NCBI RefSeq assembly: GCF_041737375.1
Contig: NZ_JBGSRV010000008.1
Coordinates: 10,648 to 74,647, forward strand
Reading direction: 5' to 3'
Origin: Vampirovibrio sp.
GTDB lineage: Bacteria > Cyanobacteriota > Vampirovibrionia > Vampirovibrionales > Vampirovibrionaceae
DNA: 64,000 nt
How positions within the stretch are numbered: position 1 is the first letter of the stretch; each line of letters begins with the position of its first letter. The notes beneath the pieces were generated by a model. It searched no databases. It saw only the letters and a program-made list of their open reading frames with translations, and was not told the origin of the DNA. Of this stretch, positions 39,066 through 49,403 are shown piece by piece. A program made the position numbers and the translations under genes.

Positions 39066-39084
39066 CTTATTAAAGCGGCTGCCC

Positions 39085-39417
39085 TTAATAAAAGGAGCGG
39101 CTGGCCTGAAAGCATTCTTTGCAGTAAACGGGCTTGGAGCCGTTGGGTTTGAAAGGCACCTGAGTCTGCACACCGCATCCAGCGCATACCGCGTCAAACA
39201 TTTCACGGGGAGCACCGCCGCCGCCGAAGCCGCCGCCGCCACCGTAACCACCACGACTGCCGCCGCCACCGCCGCCACGGGCTTGTTTGGCTGCGTCACG
39301 GCAAGGTTTGCACTTTTTAGGCTCCTGAAAGCCTTTGGTGAAGTAGAACTCTTGCTCTTCGCCAGTAAAGGTAAAGTCTGTACCGCAAGTTGTACAGACG
39401 ATTTGTTTGTCTTCCAT
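39085..39417 (-). CDS. Double zinc-ribbon protein with a Gly/RGG-rich linker (paralog B).
   Basis: MEDKQIVCTTCG...KCKPCRDAAKQARGGGGGGSRGGYGGGGGFGGGGAPREMFDAVCAGCGVQTQVPFKPNGSKPVYCKECF. The C-terminal 80 aa match paralog A almost exactly. ATG at 39417; the ORF track extends to 39546. Confidence 0.75.
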   Translation of the reverse strand: MEDKQIVCTTCGTDFTFTGEEQEFYFTKGFQEPKKCKPCRDAAKQARGGGGGGSRGGYGGGGGFGGGGAPREMFDAVCAGCGVQTQVPFKPNGSKPVYCKECFQASRSFY

Positions 39418-39780
39418 TGGATATGGCCTCATTAAGAATTGATTGTACCGGGGAGTTTTCTTGAACGAGGCCTGGTCTGTAAGACTGAGAAACCTATCCG
39501 CAGAAACTCTCAAATGTATTATGGAATCATTTTTGGCAACTTTCAAGCCCTGTTTTTTGCGTCAAAAAGACTGGAAAGCATTGCGTGGAAACCTTTGCGC
39601 CGAACTCTTCCAGTCTTGACACTGGCCTGTCCTTGCTGGTTCACATCACTCAAAAATTCAGAGCTTGCCGCTATGCGCTTACCCCTCTTTTTGCCGTGAA
39701 AAACTCGGGCATCGCAAAACAGTACCCGAAGAGGTTGACGCATCAGGGCTTGCTGGACTTGTTTGGGCTTTGATGTGGGG

Positions 39781-40518
39781 CTATTGCAAAGTCAGTTTGT
39801 GTTTCTTGACCAGTGCTTCAATGCGATCCCGGCTAATGGGGTGGGATAACAAAAATCCGGGTTTGCCGTTAGAAGGTGCATTGGCTTCCAGAATGTCAAA
39901 AACCTGCAGGGCTGCCTGGGGATTGTAGCCAGCCTTCACCATTAGTTGCACGCCCAAATCATCGGCCTGATATTCATAGCCTCTAGAAGATTTTAAATCC
40001 ACCAGATTGATGCCCAAGCGGCTGGCCATTGCCACCATGCTGTTTTCCCCCACTTGACGACTTAAAAAGAAGTCCAGCAGAGACAGCCCGGTGCGGCGGG
40101 CCTGGGTTTTGCCAATATGAGACAGTAAAATATGCGCCAATTCGTGGGAAATCACAAAGGCCCGCTCATCGTTGGTTTTCAATTTGTTCAGCAATCCATC
40201 GGTGAGAATCAGGTTTTTGCCATCGGTCGCTGCGTTCAGGGTATCAGAACGCTCAATTTTCAAGGCGGGAGAAGCTTCGGCTGGCACTTGGTTGGCCGCC
40301 TCTAATCGATCCAGAATGGCCTGAGGGGTGCTTAATGCGTTGGATGTCTGGATTTGTCCCTGAATTTGGGCCACTGGCACCGGCGTAAATCCGCTCACCC
40401 CTGTGGTCTGCCCATAAGAAGAAGGCATGATTTGGGTGTACTGTTCCAGGGCTTGGGCAGGCCCTGCCAGATAGAGCAATTGGGTTATTAACAATAGGGA
40501 AAAGGCCATTTTTTGCAT
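39781..40518 (-). CDS. Secreted M48-family zinc metallopeptidase.
   Basis: Signal peptide MQKMAFSLLLITQLLYLAGPAQA and an HExxH motif, ISHELAHILLSH. Confidence 0.75.
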   Translation of the reverse strand: MQKMAFSLLLITQLLYLAGPAQALEQYTQIMPSSYGQTTGVSGFTPVPVAQIQGQIQTSNALSTPQAILDRLEAANQVPAEASPALKIERSDTLNAATDGKNLILTDGLLNKLKTNDERAFVISHELAHILLSHIGKTQARRTGLSLLDFFLSRQVGENSMVAMASRLGINLVDLKSSRGYEYQADDLGVQLMVKAGYNPQAALQVFDILEANAPSNGKPGFLLSHPISRDRIEALVKKHKLTLQ

Positions 40519-40785
40519 AAGTCAGCTTCCTGGCGAATGATCCACCAATAATACAAGAGATTTAACAACAGAGACGTTCTCAGCGGAGGGGTTCCGTCAC
40601 CTAACGGCAGAATTTCGGCCTCTGTTCTTTCATTGTAATTGACTTTGGATGTTCTCCCAAGAAAAGCAGGCCCCACAATGGCTGAACTTGCCGCCCAGTG
40701 GCGTTGGCTGTTATGCTGAAAAAGGGCTGTTTGGCAGGGTCTTAGCCAGAGCCGGGTTCGGTAAGCTAACGGGCAGGTTTTCATC

Positions 40786-41154
40786 ATGCGAGAATCGCTT
40801 GATTCAAAATTGAGTGGAACTTCCAAGCCCTTAAAAGGTCCATCTGCTTCTGAGCTTATTCTCGCTCAGCTGGAAGAACGGGGATTGGGCTTGGGGTCTT
40901 TGAAAACCGACTGGCAGGTGGTTTTGTGGCGGGTTAAAGTGAAACGAGGGGGCCTTAAATTGAAGCTGCACCCGTTGGGGCCAGTGGATGAAGCGGCCTT
41001 ACACCTTGCCTTGCAGCAGGCCTTGGGTGGAGATATCAAGCTCAGTCTAAAGTTCAGTGAGATGTCCACCTGTTGTGGCAGTCAGTGTGAAGGCTGTTTG
41101 CTGGGTAATCCTGACTTGAAGGTCCAATGGCTGGCCCCGCTATTAGAGCCTTGA
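40786..41154 (+). CDS. Hypothetical protein with a C-terminal cysteine cluster (CCGSQCEGC).
   Basis: ORF only. STCCGSQCEGCLLGN is a possible metal-binding knuckle. Confidence 0.35.
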   Translation: MRESLDSKLSGTSKPLKGPSASELILAQLEERGLGLGSLKTDWQVVLWRVKVKRGGLKLKLHPLGPVDEAALHLALQQALGGDIKLSLKFSEMSTCCGSQCEGCLLGNPDLKVQWLAPLLEP

Positions 41155-41313
41155 GCCATGCCGGATTTCATCGAAGCAGGAGGCTCTTTTGGGTTATTTG
41201 GCAAAGTTATTTTTGTAAAAAGAAATGTCGATACCTCTGGTTTGGCCTTGCCGCCTTTTTAATGTTTGTTGTATTTTAATATTCTAAATCAGTGTGCTCA
41301 ATTTGCTGGCTGA

Positions 41314-41799
41314 TTGGTTCAAGTGGTTCCTATCGTCTGGGTTTTTAAAATGTTGAAGTTCAATACAGCTGCACAGGCTTCGTTGAAGTCTGGTAATCAG
41401 CGCTCCATTGGCGCCCCCCTTTTGTGCTCAGCAAAGAGCGCTCCGTTGGCTGTTTCTTTCGCAGATCCTACGTCTGCTCATAGCCCGGTTCGCTTTCAGG
41501 CCAATGTAAATCAGAATCAGGCAAAGCCAGAAGTGCGGCCTGTGGTCAAAAAGCTATTTGGTAACCCGTCTAAAAATATGATGTGGAGCCTGGGCTATAG
41601 TATCGGCGGCGTTTTGTTACTGCCCTTGCCGGCGGCGGCCACCAGCGCTTTTTGTCTGGCTGGCGTTCACTTGCTATCGGCCTCTTATCAATTTCTGACT
41701 CGAAAAACAGATCCGCCCTCATCCGCAGGGAGTTCTCCCCCATTGGCCAGTCAGGGAACGCCAGCGGCTGCTCAGAAATCCCTTTCGGTGGTGGGTTGA
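41314..41799 (+). CDS. Hypothetical protein with one predicted TM segment.
   Basis: ORF. WSLGYSIGGVLLLPLPAAATSAFCLAGVHLL is hydrophobic. The start is uncertain. Confidence 0.35.
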   Translation: MVQVVPIVWVFKMLKFNTAAQASLKSGNQRSIGAPLLCSAKSAPLAVSFADPTSAHSPVRFQANVNQNQAKPEVRPVVKKLFGNPSKNMMWSLGYSIGGVLLLPLPAAATSAFCLAGVHLLSASYQFLTRKTDPPSSAGSSPPLASQGTPAAAQKSLSVVG

Positions 41800-41846
41800 T
41801 TCCGTTATCTTAAAGAGAGAACAGGCAGCATAGGGAACCATGGCGG

Positions 41847-42482
41847 ATGCAAAACGTTGATTTCTGGGAAAACCTTTATGTGGCAGAGAACACCCCTTGG
41901 GATCTGGCCGGGCCATCTCCCCATTTTGTGGCGCTGCTCCATCAAAAGCCGGATTTTTTAAAGCCGGGAACCATGGCGGTGACTGGCTCCGGTCGTGGGC
42001 ATGATGCTGCCCTTTTCGGACAAGCTGGATTTGAGGTCACCGGGTTTGATTACGCCCCGGCCGCGGTAAAGTTAGCCGCTCAGCTTTATGGCGGTTTGGC
42101 CCGTTTTGAAATGGCGGATATTTTTGAGCTGCCAAGTAGCTCTGGCTCTAATGCTTTGGTGTTTGATTATGTGCTGGAGCATACCTGCTTTTGCGCCATT
42201 CCAGTGGAGCGGCGCACGGATTATGTCAAAACGGTGTGTCATATCCTGAAGCCCGGTGGTTATTTAATAGGCGTTTTTTGGGAGCATGATCAAGCGGATG
42301 GCCCACCCTTTAGCACCACTGAGGCCCATTTGCGTCAATTTTTCGAGGCTGATTTCGAGTGGATTTCTCAGGAGGAAAAAGCCCCTGTTGCGGGCAGATC
42401 CGGTGTGGAACGATTGGTTGTTCTCCGTCGAAAAATGGATGTTTGCGCATCAAAATCACCCATGAACCCCGAAATTCAATAA
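41847..42482 (+). CDS. Thiopurine S-methyltransferase-like class I SAM-dependent methyltransferase.
   Basis: FWENLY...TPWDLAGPSP...AVTGSGRGHDAALFGQAGFEVTGFDYAPAAV is a TPMT-family N-terminal signature. Confidence 0.7.
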   Translation: MQNVDFWENLYVAENTPWDLAGPSPHFVALLHQKPDFLKPGTMAVTGSGRGHDAALFGQAGFEVTGFDYAPAAVKLAAQLYGGLARFEMADIFELPSSSGSNALVFDYVLEHTCFCAIPVERRTDYVKTVCHILKPGGYLIGVFWEHDQADGPPFSTTEAHLRQFFEADFEWISQEEKAPVAGRSGVERLVVLRRKMDVCASKSPMNPEIQ

Positions 42483-42569
42483 AATAAGAAAGCAGCGTGT
42501 CCGTCCATTTTGAGATCAGGATAACCTGCCGTTATTCAACCGGATTTGAGAGTATTGGGAGAAATGCAC

Positions 42570-43298
42570 ATGCGGAAATTTCGGGTTCACTCAAGCGATT
42601 GGCTCACCTTGGCTTGTGTGGCTTTTTCAATCAGTTTGTCCGGTTGTACGCTTTTAGAAAAATTACCGTTCCCGGCCAAGTCACCTGCCAGTGATGAAAC
42701 ACCTGCCCTTTCCACCTCCGGAAAGGCCGATCCCGCCTCGCTGAAAAAGCTTTTGGATTCGGGGAACGCAAAAGCCAAGGCTGGCCAGTGGGCGGCGGCA
42801 ACCGATGACTTTAAACAAATACTGGCAGCGGATGCCCGGAATATACAGGCCCATGTGCAACTGGGCTGGGCCTACGCCGAGCAAAAGCAGTGGGAAGAGG
42901 CCAAGGGCCACTTAATCAGCGCCGTGGCGCTGGACCCTAATAACGCGGGCGCCCATGCCAACCTGGCCTGGGTTTACGCCGAAACCCAACGCTGGCAAGA
43001 TGCCCAGGAGCAGGCCAAAAAGGCCATTGATCTGGATCCTAAAAACTCTTATCCCCATGCCACCTTGGCTTGGGCTTATCAATCTTCTGGACAGCATGAT
43101 TTGGCAATTGCCGAATATGAAAAATCCTTGGAGCTGAATCCCGCTTTGGAGAACTCCCGGCTGGCGCTGGGTATTGAGTATTGCAATAAAGGCAACCCGG
43201 TTCGGGCCAAAGCCCAGTTGGAAAAGCTGAAAAAGCAAGGCTCTGACCGCTCCACCGATTTGCAGGCCCGCATTGACAAAGGGTGCGCCGCTCGATAG
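42570..43298 (+). CDS. Tetratricopeptide-repeat lipoprotein.
   Basis: Lipobox LSGC after a signal peptide; GGGAGA ribosome-binding site. About five TPR units (AHVQLGWAYAEQKQWEEA...). Confidence 0.75.
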   Translation: MRKFRVHSSDWLTLACVAFSISLSGCTLLEKLPFPAKSPASDETPALSTSGKADPASLKKLLDSGNAKAKAGQWAAATDDFKQILAADARNIQAHVQLGWAYAEQKQWEEAKGHLISAVALDPNNAGAHANLAWVYAETQRWQDAQEQAKKAIDLDPKNSYPHATLAWAYQSSGQHDLAIAEYEKSLELNPALENSRLALGIEYCNKGNPVRAKAQLEKLKKQGSDRSTDLQARIDKGCAAR

Positions 43299-43439
43299 TC
43301 ACTTCTTCTCCCAAGTCCTTGGACTCTCCTGTCTCTGGCGGGCTTTAATTTTGCTCTGGCATGCGCCTCTGCTTGGAAGCGGCTGCTTTTTGCTGGATAA
43401 TAATACGGTCAAGCCATTGAGTCAGGGAAGAGATCGTTC

Positions 43440-44255
43440 GTGAGTGAGTCTTCAAACCATGGGTTTCAAGCCGGTTCAACCGGTTCGGATGAGGGGAAAC
43501 CGCATCCCGATGTAACGGGTCGCTATTATATACCCGGCTTTCCCATTGGGGAAGGCAAAACCGATTATGAAAAATATTTGCGAACCGTGGAACTGCTTAG
43601 TTTGCAGAAATCGGCGGCGGAATCGGTTAGTCCTGAAGAATTGCTGTTTCAGGTCACTCATCAGGCCTCGGAACTGTGGATGAAGTTGATGCTTCGGGAA
43701 TTGAATGAGGCCATAGCGTTTATGGCTGCCGACAACCTGTGGATGGCCCTGCGGTCTTTGCGGCTGGTTCACGATTGTCAGCGGGTTTTGGTGATGCAGG
43801 TGGACTTGATCGGCAGTCATATCAGCATTGTGGAATATGGCAAAATTCGCACCGCCCTGGGGCAGGGCAGTGGGATGGAGTCTCCCGGTTTTAACTGGTT
43901 GCTGGAAATGGCCCCTAAATTGGGAGAGGCTCTGGATCAGCTCCTGATTCGTCGCCAGATTACCATTCGAGAAATTTACACCCAGTATCAGCAACACATG
44001 GAGCTGCACACCTTGTGCGAGGCGCTGATGGATTACGATGACCTGTTTCACAAATGGCGCGCCCACCATATGGCGCTGGTGGCCCGCACCATTGGCACCG
44101 ATTCCAATTCTTTGAAAGGGCTGGCCACCCAGGTGTTGCAAAAAGGGGTAAAAATCCGCTTTTTCCCTGAATTACTGGAAATTCGCAGCATTTTAACCAA
44201 CGAAAGCGGCGTGGCTTACGGCGGGCAGCCCTTGGGATCTGAAGGCACCCCTTAG
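43440..44255 (+). CDS. kynA: Tryptophan 2,3-dioxygenase family protein.
   Basis: DYEKYLRTVELLSLQ...ELLFQVTHQASELWMKLMLREL matches the TDO signature YLxLDxLLxxQ...HQxxELWfK. GTG start with GGGAAGAG ribosome-binding site. Confidence 0.7.
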   Translation: MSESSNHGFQAGSTGSDEGKPHPDVTGRYYIPGFPIGEGKTDYEKYLRTVELLSLQKSAAESVSPEELLFQVTHQASELWMKLMLRELNEAIAFMAADNLWMALRSLRLVHDCQRVLVMQVDLIGSHISIVEYGKIRTALGQGSGMESPGFNWLLEMAPKLGEALDQLLIRRQITIREIYTQYQQHMELHTLCEALMDYDDLFHKWRAHHMALVARTIGTDSNSLKGLATQVLQKGVKIRFFPELLEIRSILTNESGVAYGGQPLGSEGTP

Positions 44256-44324
44256 CTGCGCTTTTTTATGCTTTTTCAAGCCAAACAAAGCGTTGGAAGG
44301 GGGTGAGCGCTGAGGCTGGATGCT

Positions 44325-46034
44325 CTAAACGCTTGCCAAAGTCGCTTGGGGAAGGCCGGGATGGGTGACAGCCCCGGTGGCTGCGGAGCCAACCAATTGG
44401 GCGTACTTCCACAAAACACCCTTGCCGTAATTGATTTCAGGCGCTTTCCACTGGCTTTTACGGGCCGCCAGCTCGGTTTCAGACAGTTCCACCGACAACA
44501 CACCGGCTTCCGCGTCCACCGAAATCATATCGCCATTTTGTAGCAGGGCAATGGTGCCGCCCACAAAGGCTTCCGGGCCAACGTGGCCTACGCACAGGCC
44601 ACGGGTGCCACCACTGAACCGGCCATCCGTAATCAAGGCCACATCCTGGCCCAAATCCTGACCATACAGGGCCGCCGTTACCGATAGCATTTCCCGCATG
44701 CCGGGCCCTCCCTTGGGGCCTTCATAGCGAATCACCACCGTATCGCCCGCCACAATTTCCTGGCGTTGAATGGCGGCAAAGGCGGCTTCTTCCCCATCAA
44801 ACACTTTGGCTGGGCCACGGTGAATCCGTCGGCTTAACCCGGCCACTTTCACGACCGCCCCTTCCGATGCCAAATTGCCGTACAGGATTTTAAGCCCGCC
44901 GGTAGGACTGATGGGGCAAGTGCCAGGGTAAACCACGTCCTGATCGGTAGGAAGCACCACGTCCTTCAGGTTTTCGGCCATGGTTTTACCCGTCACGGTC
45001 AAGCAGTCTCCATGCAGTAGGCCAGCATCCAGTAAGGCTTTTAGCAGTACCGGAATCCCCCCGATGCGGAACAGGTCATTCATTACGTACTTGCCACCGG
45101 GCTTTAAATCGGCCAGGGTGGGGGTTTCGTTGAAAATTTGATCAATCAGGCTAAGCGGCAAGGCCACCCCCAGCTCATGGGCCAATGCCGGAAGGTGCAG
45201 ACAGGCGTTGGTAGAGCCGCCGGTGGCCGCCACCACCCGAATGGCGTTTTCAAAGGCTTTGCGGGTCATAATGTCTCGGGGGAGAATATTCTCTTGCAGC
45301 AGGTGCATAATGGCTTCTCCACACTGCATATTAACCGCCACCCGACCGGGGTCCAGCGCCGGGTAGCCGTTGCTGCCGGGTAAGGCCATGCCCATGGCTT
45401 CCGCCACACAGGCCATGGTGTTGGCGGTAAACTGACCACCGCAAGAGCCAGCGCCGGGGCAGGCCGCGCATTCAATGTCATATAGTTCTTTTTCCGTAAT
45501 TTTTCCAGCGGTAAAAGCGCCGACGGCTTCATACACATCCACAATGGTTAAATCTTTATCACCCAGACGACCCGGCATAATGGTGCCGCCATATAAAAAC
45601 AGGGAAGGCACATTCAGGCGGGCCATGCTCATTAAAATACCGGGCAGGGATTTATCACATCCGGCAATGCCCACCAAGGCATCGTACTGATGGGCATGCA
45701 TCACCAGCTCAATGGAATCGGCAATCACTTCCCGGCTGACCAGGGAGGCTTTCATGCCCTCATGGCCCATGGCAATGCCATCGCTGACCGAAATGGTATT
45801 AAACTCACGGGAAATCCCACCCTTCGCATCTACCGCTTTTTTGACATGAGCGGCCTGATCCCGAAGGGTAATATTGCAGGGGGTCACTTCGTTCCAGGTG
45901 GTGGCAATGCCCACCAGCGGTTTGCTAAAGTCTTCGTCCTGAAGGCCCATGGCCCGGTAAAAGGCCCGGTGCGGGGCGCGGGCAGGTCCATCCATTACAT
46001 GGCGGCTTTTGTGTCTCAGGTCATTGGGGGACAT
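44325..46034 (-). CDS. ilvD: Dihydroxy-acid dehydratase.
   Basis: [26 protein letters not shown]...[17 protein letters not shown] and the CDKSLPG 2Fe-2S cysteine region. Start at MSPNDL (ATG 46034). Confidence 0.9.
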   Translation of the reverse strand: MSPNDLRHKSRHVMDGPARAPHRAFYRAMGLQDEDFSKPLVGIATTWNEVTPCNITLRDQAAHVKKAVDAKGGISREFNTISVSDGIAMGHEGMKASLVSREVIADSIELVMHAHQYDALVGIAGCDKSLPGILMSMARLNVPSLFLYGGTIMPGRLGDKDLTIVDVYEAVGAFTAGKITEKELYDIECAACPGAGSCGGQFTANTMACVAEAMGMALPGSNGYPALDPGRVAVNMQCGEAIMHLLQENILPRDIMTRKAFENAIRVVAATGGSTNACLHLPALAHELGVALPLSLIDQIFNETPTLADLKPGGKYVMNDLFRIGGIPVLLKALLDAGLLHGDCLTVTGKTMAENLKDVVLPTDQDVVYPGTCPISPTGGLKILYGNLASEGAVVKVAGLSRRIHRGPAKVFDGEEAAFAAIQRQEIVAGDTVVIRYEGPKGGPGMREMLSVTAALYGQDLGQDVALITDGRFSGGTRGLCVGHVGPEAFVGGTIALLQNGDMISVDAEAGVLSVELSETELAARKSQWKAPEINYGKGVLWKYAQLVGSAATGAVTHPGLPQATLASV

Positions 46035-46208
46035 GGTGAATTTCCTTCCAGCGAAACAGTCAAATATCAATAAAGCGCTGTGAATTCGGCCAGTTTGGGT
46101 GGATGAGGCTCGAATTCAGGCGGGTGGGATCACAATGGGATCAACTGTGCGCTTAGTATAAACCAACCACCCCCGGATTGTTCAGAGGGCTCAGCGCATG
46201 GGGCTTTT

Positions 46209-46709
46209 TTAATGTGACAGGATGAGCGGTTTTAAGCGCTCAGATTGCGTTGGAAACAAGGCTTGGATTGCCTCCGGCGTGGCCAGCTCCCGGTCCCGGT
46301 AATCAAAGCCGGGAGCCACGGCTTCGCTAATCAATCCATAAGGCCCGCTCATTAAAGCCGAGGCTTTCCAGAACCCGCCGGGGACAGTCATTTGAAACAC
46401 ATGGCCTTCATCCGGGTTCGGGCCCAGAATGATCTCGCTCACCACCCCCGTTGGGCTAACAGTGAGGTAGCGAATGGGTCCCCCGGCGTGGAAAAAATGG
46501 GTGATGTCCGACTGATTTCGGTGCAGATGGCCCTGTGGGCTGTCGGCGGTGAGCAGGTAATAAATTGTATTGAGGCCATAGCGGCTGTTTCCTGCCCGCT
46601 TGGTTTCAATGGTCCAGTCCGATTGATGAATTTGCCGGAAATAACCGCCTTCATCATGGCCCTCCAAGCCTAAAGACTCAATTAAATCTTTTGTGGAAAT
46701 CAGAGGCAT
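46209..46709 (-). CDS. Cupin-fold protein (DUF985-like).
   Basis: GHDEGGYFRQIHQSD...YYLLTADSPQGHLHRNQSDITHFFHAGGPIRY is a cupin His motif. Confidence 0.65.
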   Translation of the reverse strand: MPLISTKDLIESLGLEGHDEGGYFRQIHQSDWTIETKRAGNSRYGLNTIYYLLTADSPQGHLHRNQSDITHFFHAGGPIRYLTVSPTGVVSEIILGPNPDEGHVFQMTVPGGFWKASALMSGPYGLISEAVAPGFDYRDRELATPEAIQALFPTQSERLKPLILSH

Positions 46710-46932
46710 GGTTTGGGCTCCTTTTTGATTGAAATATTATTTTATGACTGGCGGAAAAAACTGGAAGCGCTACAATGCTGGGGTGGTTTCAAGAAATAAA
46801 TTTCCTTGATTGGTTTTTATTCAATTAGCGAACTTAGAAACGACGCTAAAAAACATACGTCGGAACATATCGGAACATAAATGTTTAGACGCGTCATATC
46901 ACAACAAATCTTGTACACCAGAGGTTCAGTCC

Positions 46933-48135
46933 ATGCCAATGTCACCCATTGATAGACCTGACAATTCCATTAACCCTTTTGAAAAATCCAGATTGTTCAA
47001 GGCCGCTGCCAGTGCCTTGGAAAAAAACACGGCCAAGCCGGAAGTGAATGCCAACCGGGTGAATAATGCTAACGAAAAGCCCACCACCGCACCCGTTGCT
47101 TCAGATGCCGGGCTGAACGGTATTGAAGGCCGCCTCAATATCAGCACACGGGCTATTCTGAACCTGATTCAGCGCTTTCGCTTAAGAAGCATGACTTTTG
47201 ATCAATTGAAATCTCTGCCCCTGTCTCAACTGAGTCAGGAAGAAAAAACCTTTGTGCTGTTTATGCGCCGAAATCCCCAGGTGTTTGAGCGCATTTCCAG
47301 CGGAGACGGTGAACCGGCCTCTCTCAGCCAAAAAGATGTGAAACTGGCCGCTCAACTGGCTGGAGATTCTCTCCGGCTTTCCAATGAAGATTTACGCTAC
47401 TTGCGGCAAACACCGCTGCCCGCTCCATCCGCCAGTAGTCCTTTTGCTTTAAGCGCTCCCACCCGGTTTGGCCAGTTGCAAACCCAGGACTTGTTGAATG
47501 CCCTGAAGCAACTGGTGGGTCCCGAAGGAAACGGTATTTCTTTTGAGGCGTTAATGCGCCTTTCTGCTGTCAATAGCGGGTTGCGTGGCCGGGAGCTGGA
47601 GGCTTTGCGCTTTTTGCAAACCAATACGGTTTCCAAGGTTTTACAAAAAATCGGGGCCTCTAACGAAGGCATTATCACCCCGGAAGCCCTGCGGGTTTTG
47701 ACCAGCCTGCTGTGGAACCCCTCCATTTACGGCTCAGCACCCATTGTGTTTTTTAAATCCGGCCCTTCTCACCCGGATGGGGAGAGTATTCACGGCGTGG
47801 ATACCGTGGACGAGGTGGATGACCATAAGAACGAGCAAATCCGGCCCACTCGGCGTAAGCCTTCCTTGCGGGTAGAGGCTCATCGTATGCTGGAAATTCT
47901 GTATAACATCAGTGACGCGGGCGAGGCTACCCTGGAGCAGTTGCGTCAATATGAGCCTCGTAATGCGGAAGAAGAGAAAACCTTGCACTTGTTGCGCCAG
48001 CACAATGTGTTTGAAGCCTTGGCCTGTCTGGATGACAACCCGGACTCCCTGAGCGATGAGGACATTAAAATCGCTTTGGCCGAGCATGCGCTGGTTTTAT
48101 CGGATCCGTTTATGGTGCTGGTCATTCTGCCGTAG
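46933..48135 (+). CDS. Hypothetical soluble protein of about 400 aa with three or more internal ~35-aa repeats.
   Basis: ATG at 46933. Repeats run TFDQLKSLPLSQLSQEEKTFVLFMRRNPQVFERI, SFEALMRLSAVNSGLRGRELEALRFLQTNTVSKVLQKI and TLEQLRQYEPRNAEEEKTLHLLRQHNVFEALA. No signal peptide and no known domain. Confidence 0.5.
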   Translation: MPMSPIDRPDNSINPFEKSRLFKAAASALEKNTAKPEVNANRVNNANEKPTTAPVASDAGLNGIEGRLNISTRAILNLIQRFRLRSMTFDQLKSLPLSQLSQEEKTFVLFMRRNPQVFERISSGDGEPASLSQKDVKLAAQLAGDSLRLSNEDLRYLRQTPLPAPSASSPFALSAPTRFGQLQTQDLLNALKQLVGPEGNGISFEALMRLSAVNSGLRGRELEALRFLQTNTVSKVLQKIGASNEGIITPEALRVLTSLLWNPSIYGSAPIVFFKSGPSHPDGESIHGVDTVDEVDDHKNEQIRPTRRKPSLRVEAHRMLEILYNISDAGEATLEQLRQYEPRNAEEEKTLHLLRQHNVFEALACLDDNPDSLSDEDIKIALAEHALVLSDPFMVLVILP

Positions 48136-48148
48136 CGCCATCTATGCT

Positions 48149-49027
48149 CTAGGCAATTCCGGCCAACTGATTACCCTTTTGGAAGGTCAACTTGAAGGCG
48201 TCCAGTCCGTGGGTTCCCCCATTGACCGCTTTGCGGGCGGTAGCCAGGTCGCCAGCGTTCAGAGCTTTACGAATGGTGCTTTCCTTATCCTTTAAAAAAG
48301 CAGCCAGCACACGGGCGGCAATCACCGGATCGTTGGCCAAATCGGGTTGACGCAACAATAAATCGTTTAGCCCCAGTTTTTGAGAATATTGGGTGTAATT
48401 GTACTTGCCGGTCAGTTGAATAAACCCTCTGCCTTTAAAGCGGGCCCCATCTCCGGTTGCGTTGTTGCCCAAATCAGCCCGAAAATCGTACAGGGCATAT
48501 GGACTTCCGCCCGGCGCGGTATTGTATCTGGACTGGAATTCATGAATGGGGGCAAAACTGGCCGTTTCCGCCCGAATGGTGGCCAGCGCCATCAGGATCA
48601 TGGGCTTGTCGCCCAAGCCACGCTCCCCCAGCGCCCGAACCACCAGCGGTAAATAGCTGCGGATATTGTTGATGGGGGCGTCTGGAAACAGTTTGACCAC
48701 CGCTTCAATTTGTACGGTATTGGCCAAAGGGCGATGGGCCGACTGGGCAGCGGTATCCACCTGATACCCCAAAGCGGTCAGGGTCGGATGATCAACCAGT
48801 CCGGTGCTATAAAGGCCATTGGCCCTTTGAAAAGCGGCCACCCCTCTTTGGGTGATGCTGCCATAGTGACCATCAATGGCCCCCTGATGGAAGCCCAGTT
48901 GCGCCAACCGGGTTTGGATCACCCGCACCGCATCGCCACTGTCGCCCGGATGCATGAGCACCAGATTCAATTCGTTCAATCCATTGGAATGCGCCCTGCC
49001 TGGCACAGGCGGTGAAAAATTCGGCAT
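48149..49027 (-). CDS. Peptidoglycan-binding (PG_binding_1) domain fused to a GH19-family lysozyme/chitinase-like domain. No signal peptide.
   Basis: N-terminal GDSGDAVRVIQTRLAQLGF...IDGHYGSITQRGVAAFQRANGL. C-terminal GH19 motifs ALATIRAETASF (catalytic Glu) and FKGRGFIQLTGKYNY. Confidence 0.75.
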   Translation of the reverse strand: MPNFSPPVPGRAHSNGLNELNLVLMHPGDSGDAVRVIQTRLAQLGFHQGAIDGHYGSITQRGVAAFQRANGLYSTGLVDHPTLTALGYQVDTAAQSAHRPLANTVQIEAVVKLFPDAPINNIRSYLPLVVRALGERGLGDKPMILMALATIRAETASFAPIHEFQSRYNTAPGGSPYALYDFRADLGNNATGDGARFKGRGFIQLTGKYNYTQYSQKLGLNDLLLRQPDLANDPVIAARVLAAFLKDKESTIRKALNAGDLATARKAVNGGTHGLDAFKLTFQKGNQLAGIA

Positions 49028-49403
49028 TGACCTCTCTATCCTCTATAAAATACTCTCAAAACCCGCTGGGATAGACTGTGAACAGGGTGTTTTAAGCCAC
49101 CCCTCACACGAAAACGACCCGGTGTAGCCCCAACCGAAGCGCTCTCCCAAAACTCTGGTTTTATTGTACACACCTGTTTTTTATTCGCCAACCATTAAAT
49201 TTAGGCCTGAATTCGAGTGTTTGGTTGGATGTGAATGCGGAAAAGATACGGCTGAGCCGCTTTTTTCATGCTGGGCGGCGGCATTCCAAATTTTTCGATT
49301 GTTTTTCCAGAGCTACGTGTTATCATTACACCTACTTGCGAATTTGCGAACTCAAGTTTCGTTTGGCAATCAGTATCAAGTACGGATTTTTTTAGAGTTC
49401 TTT

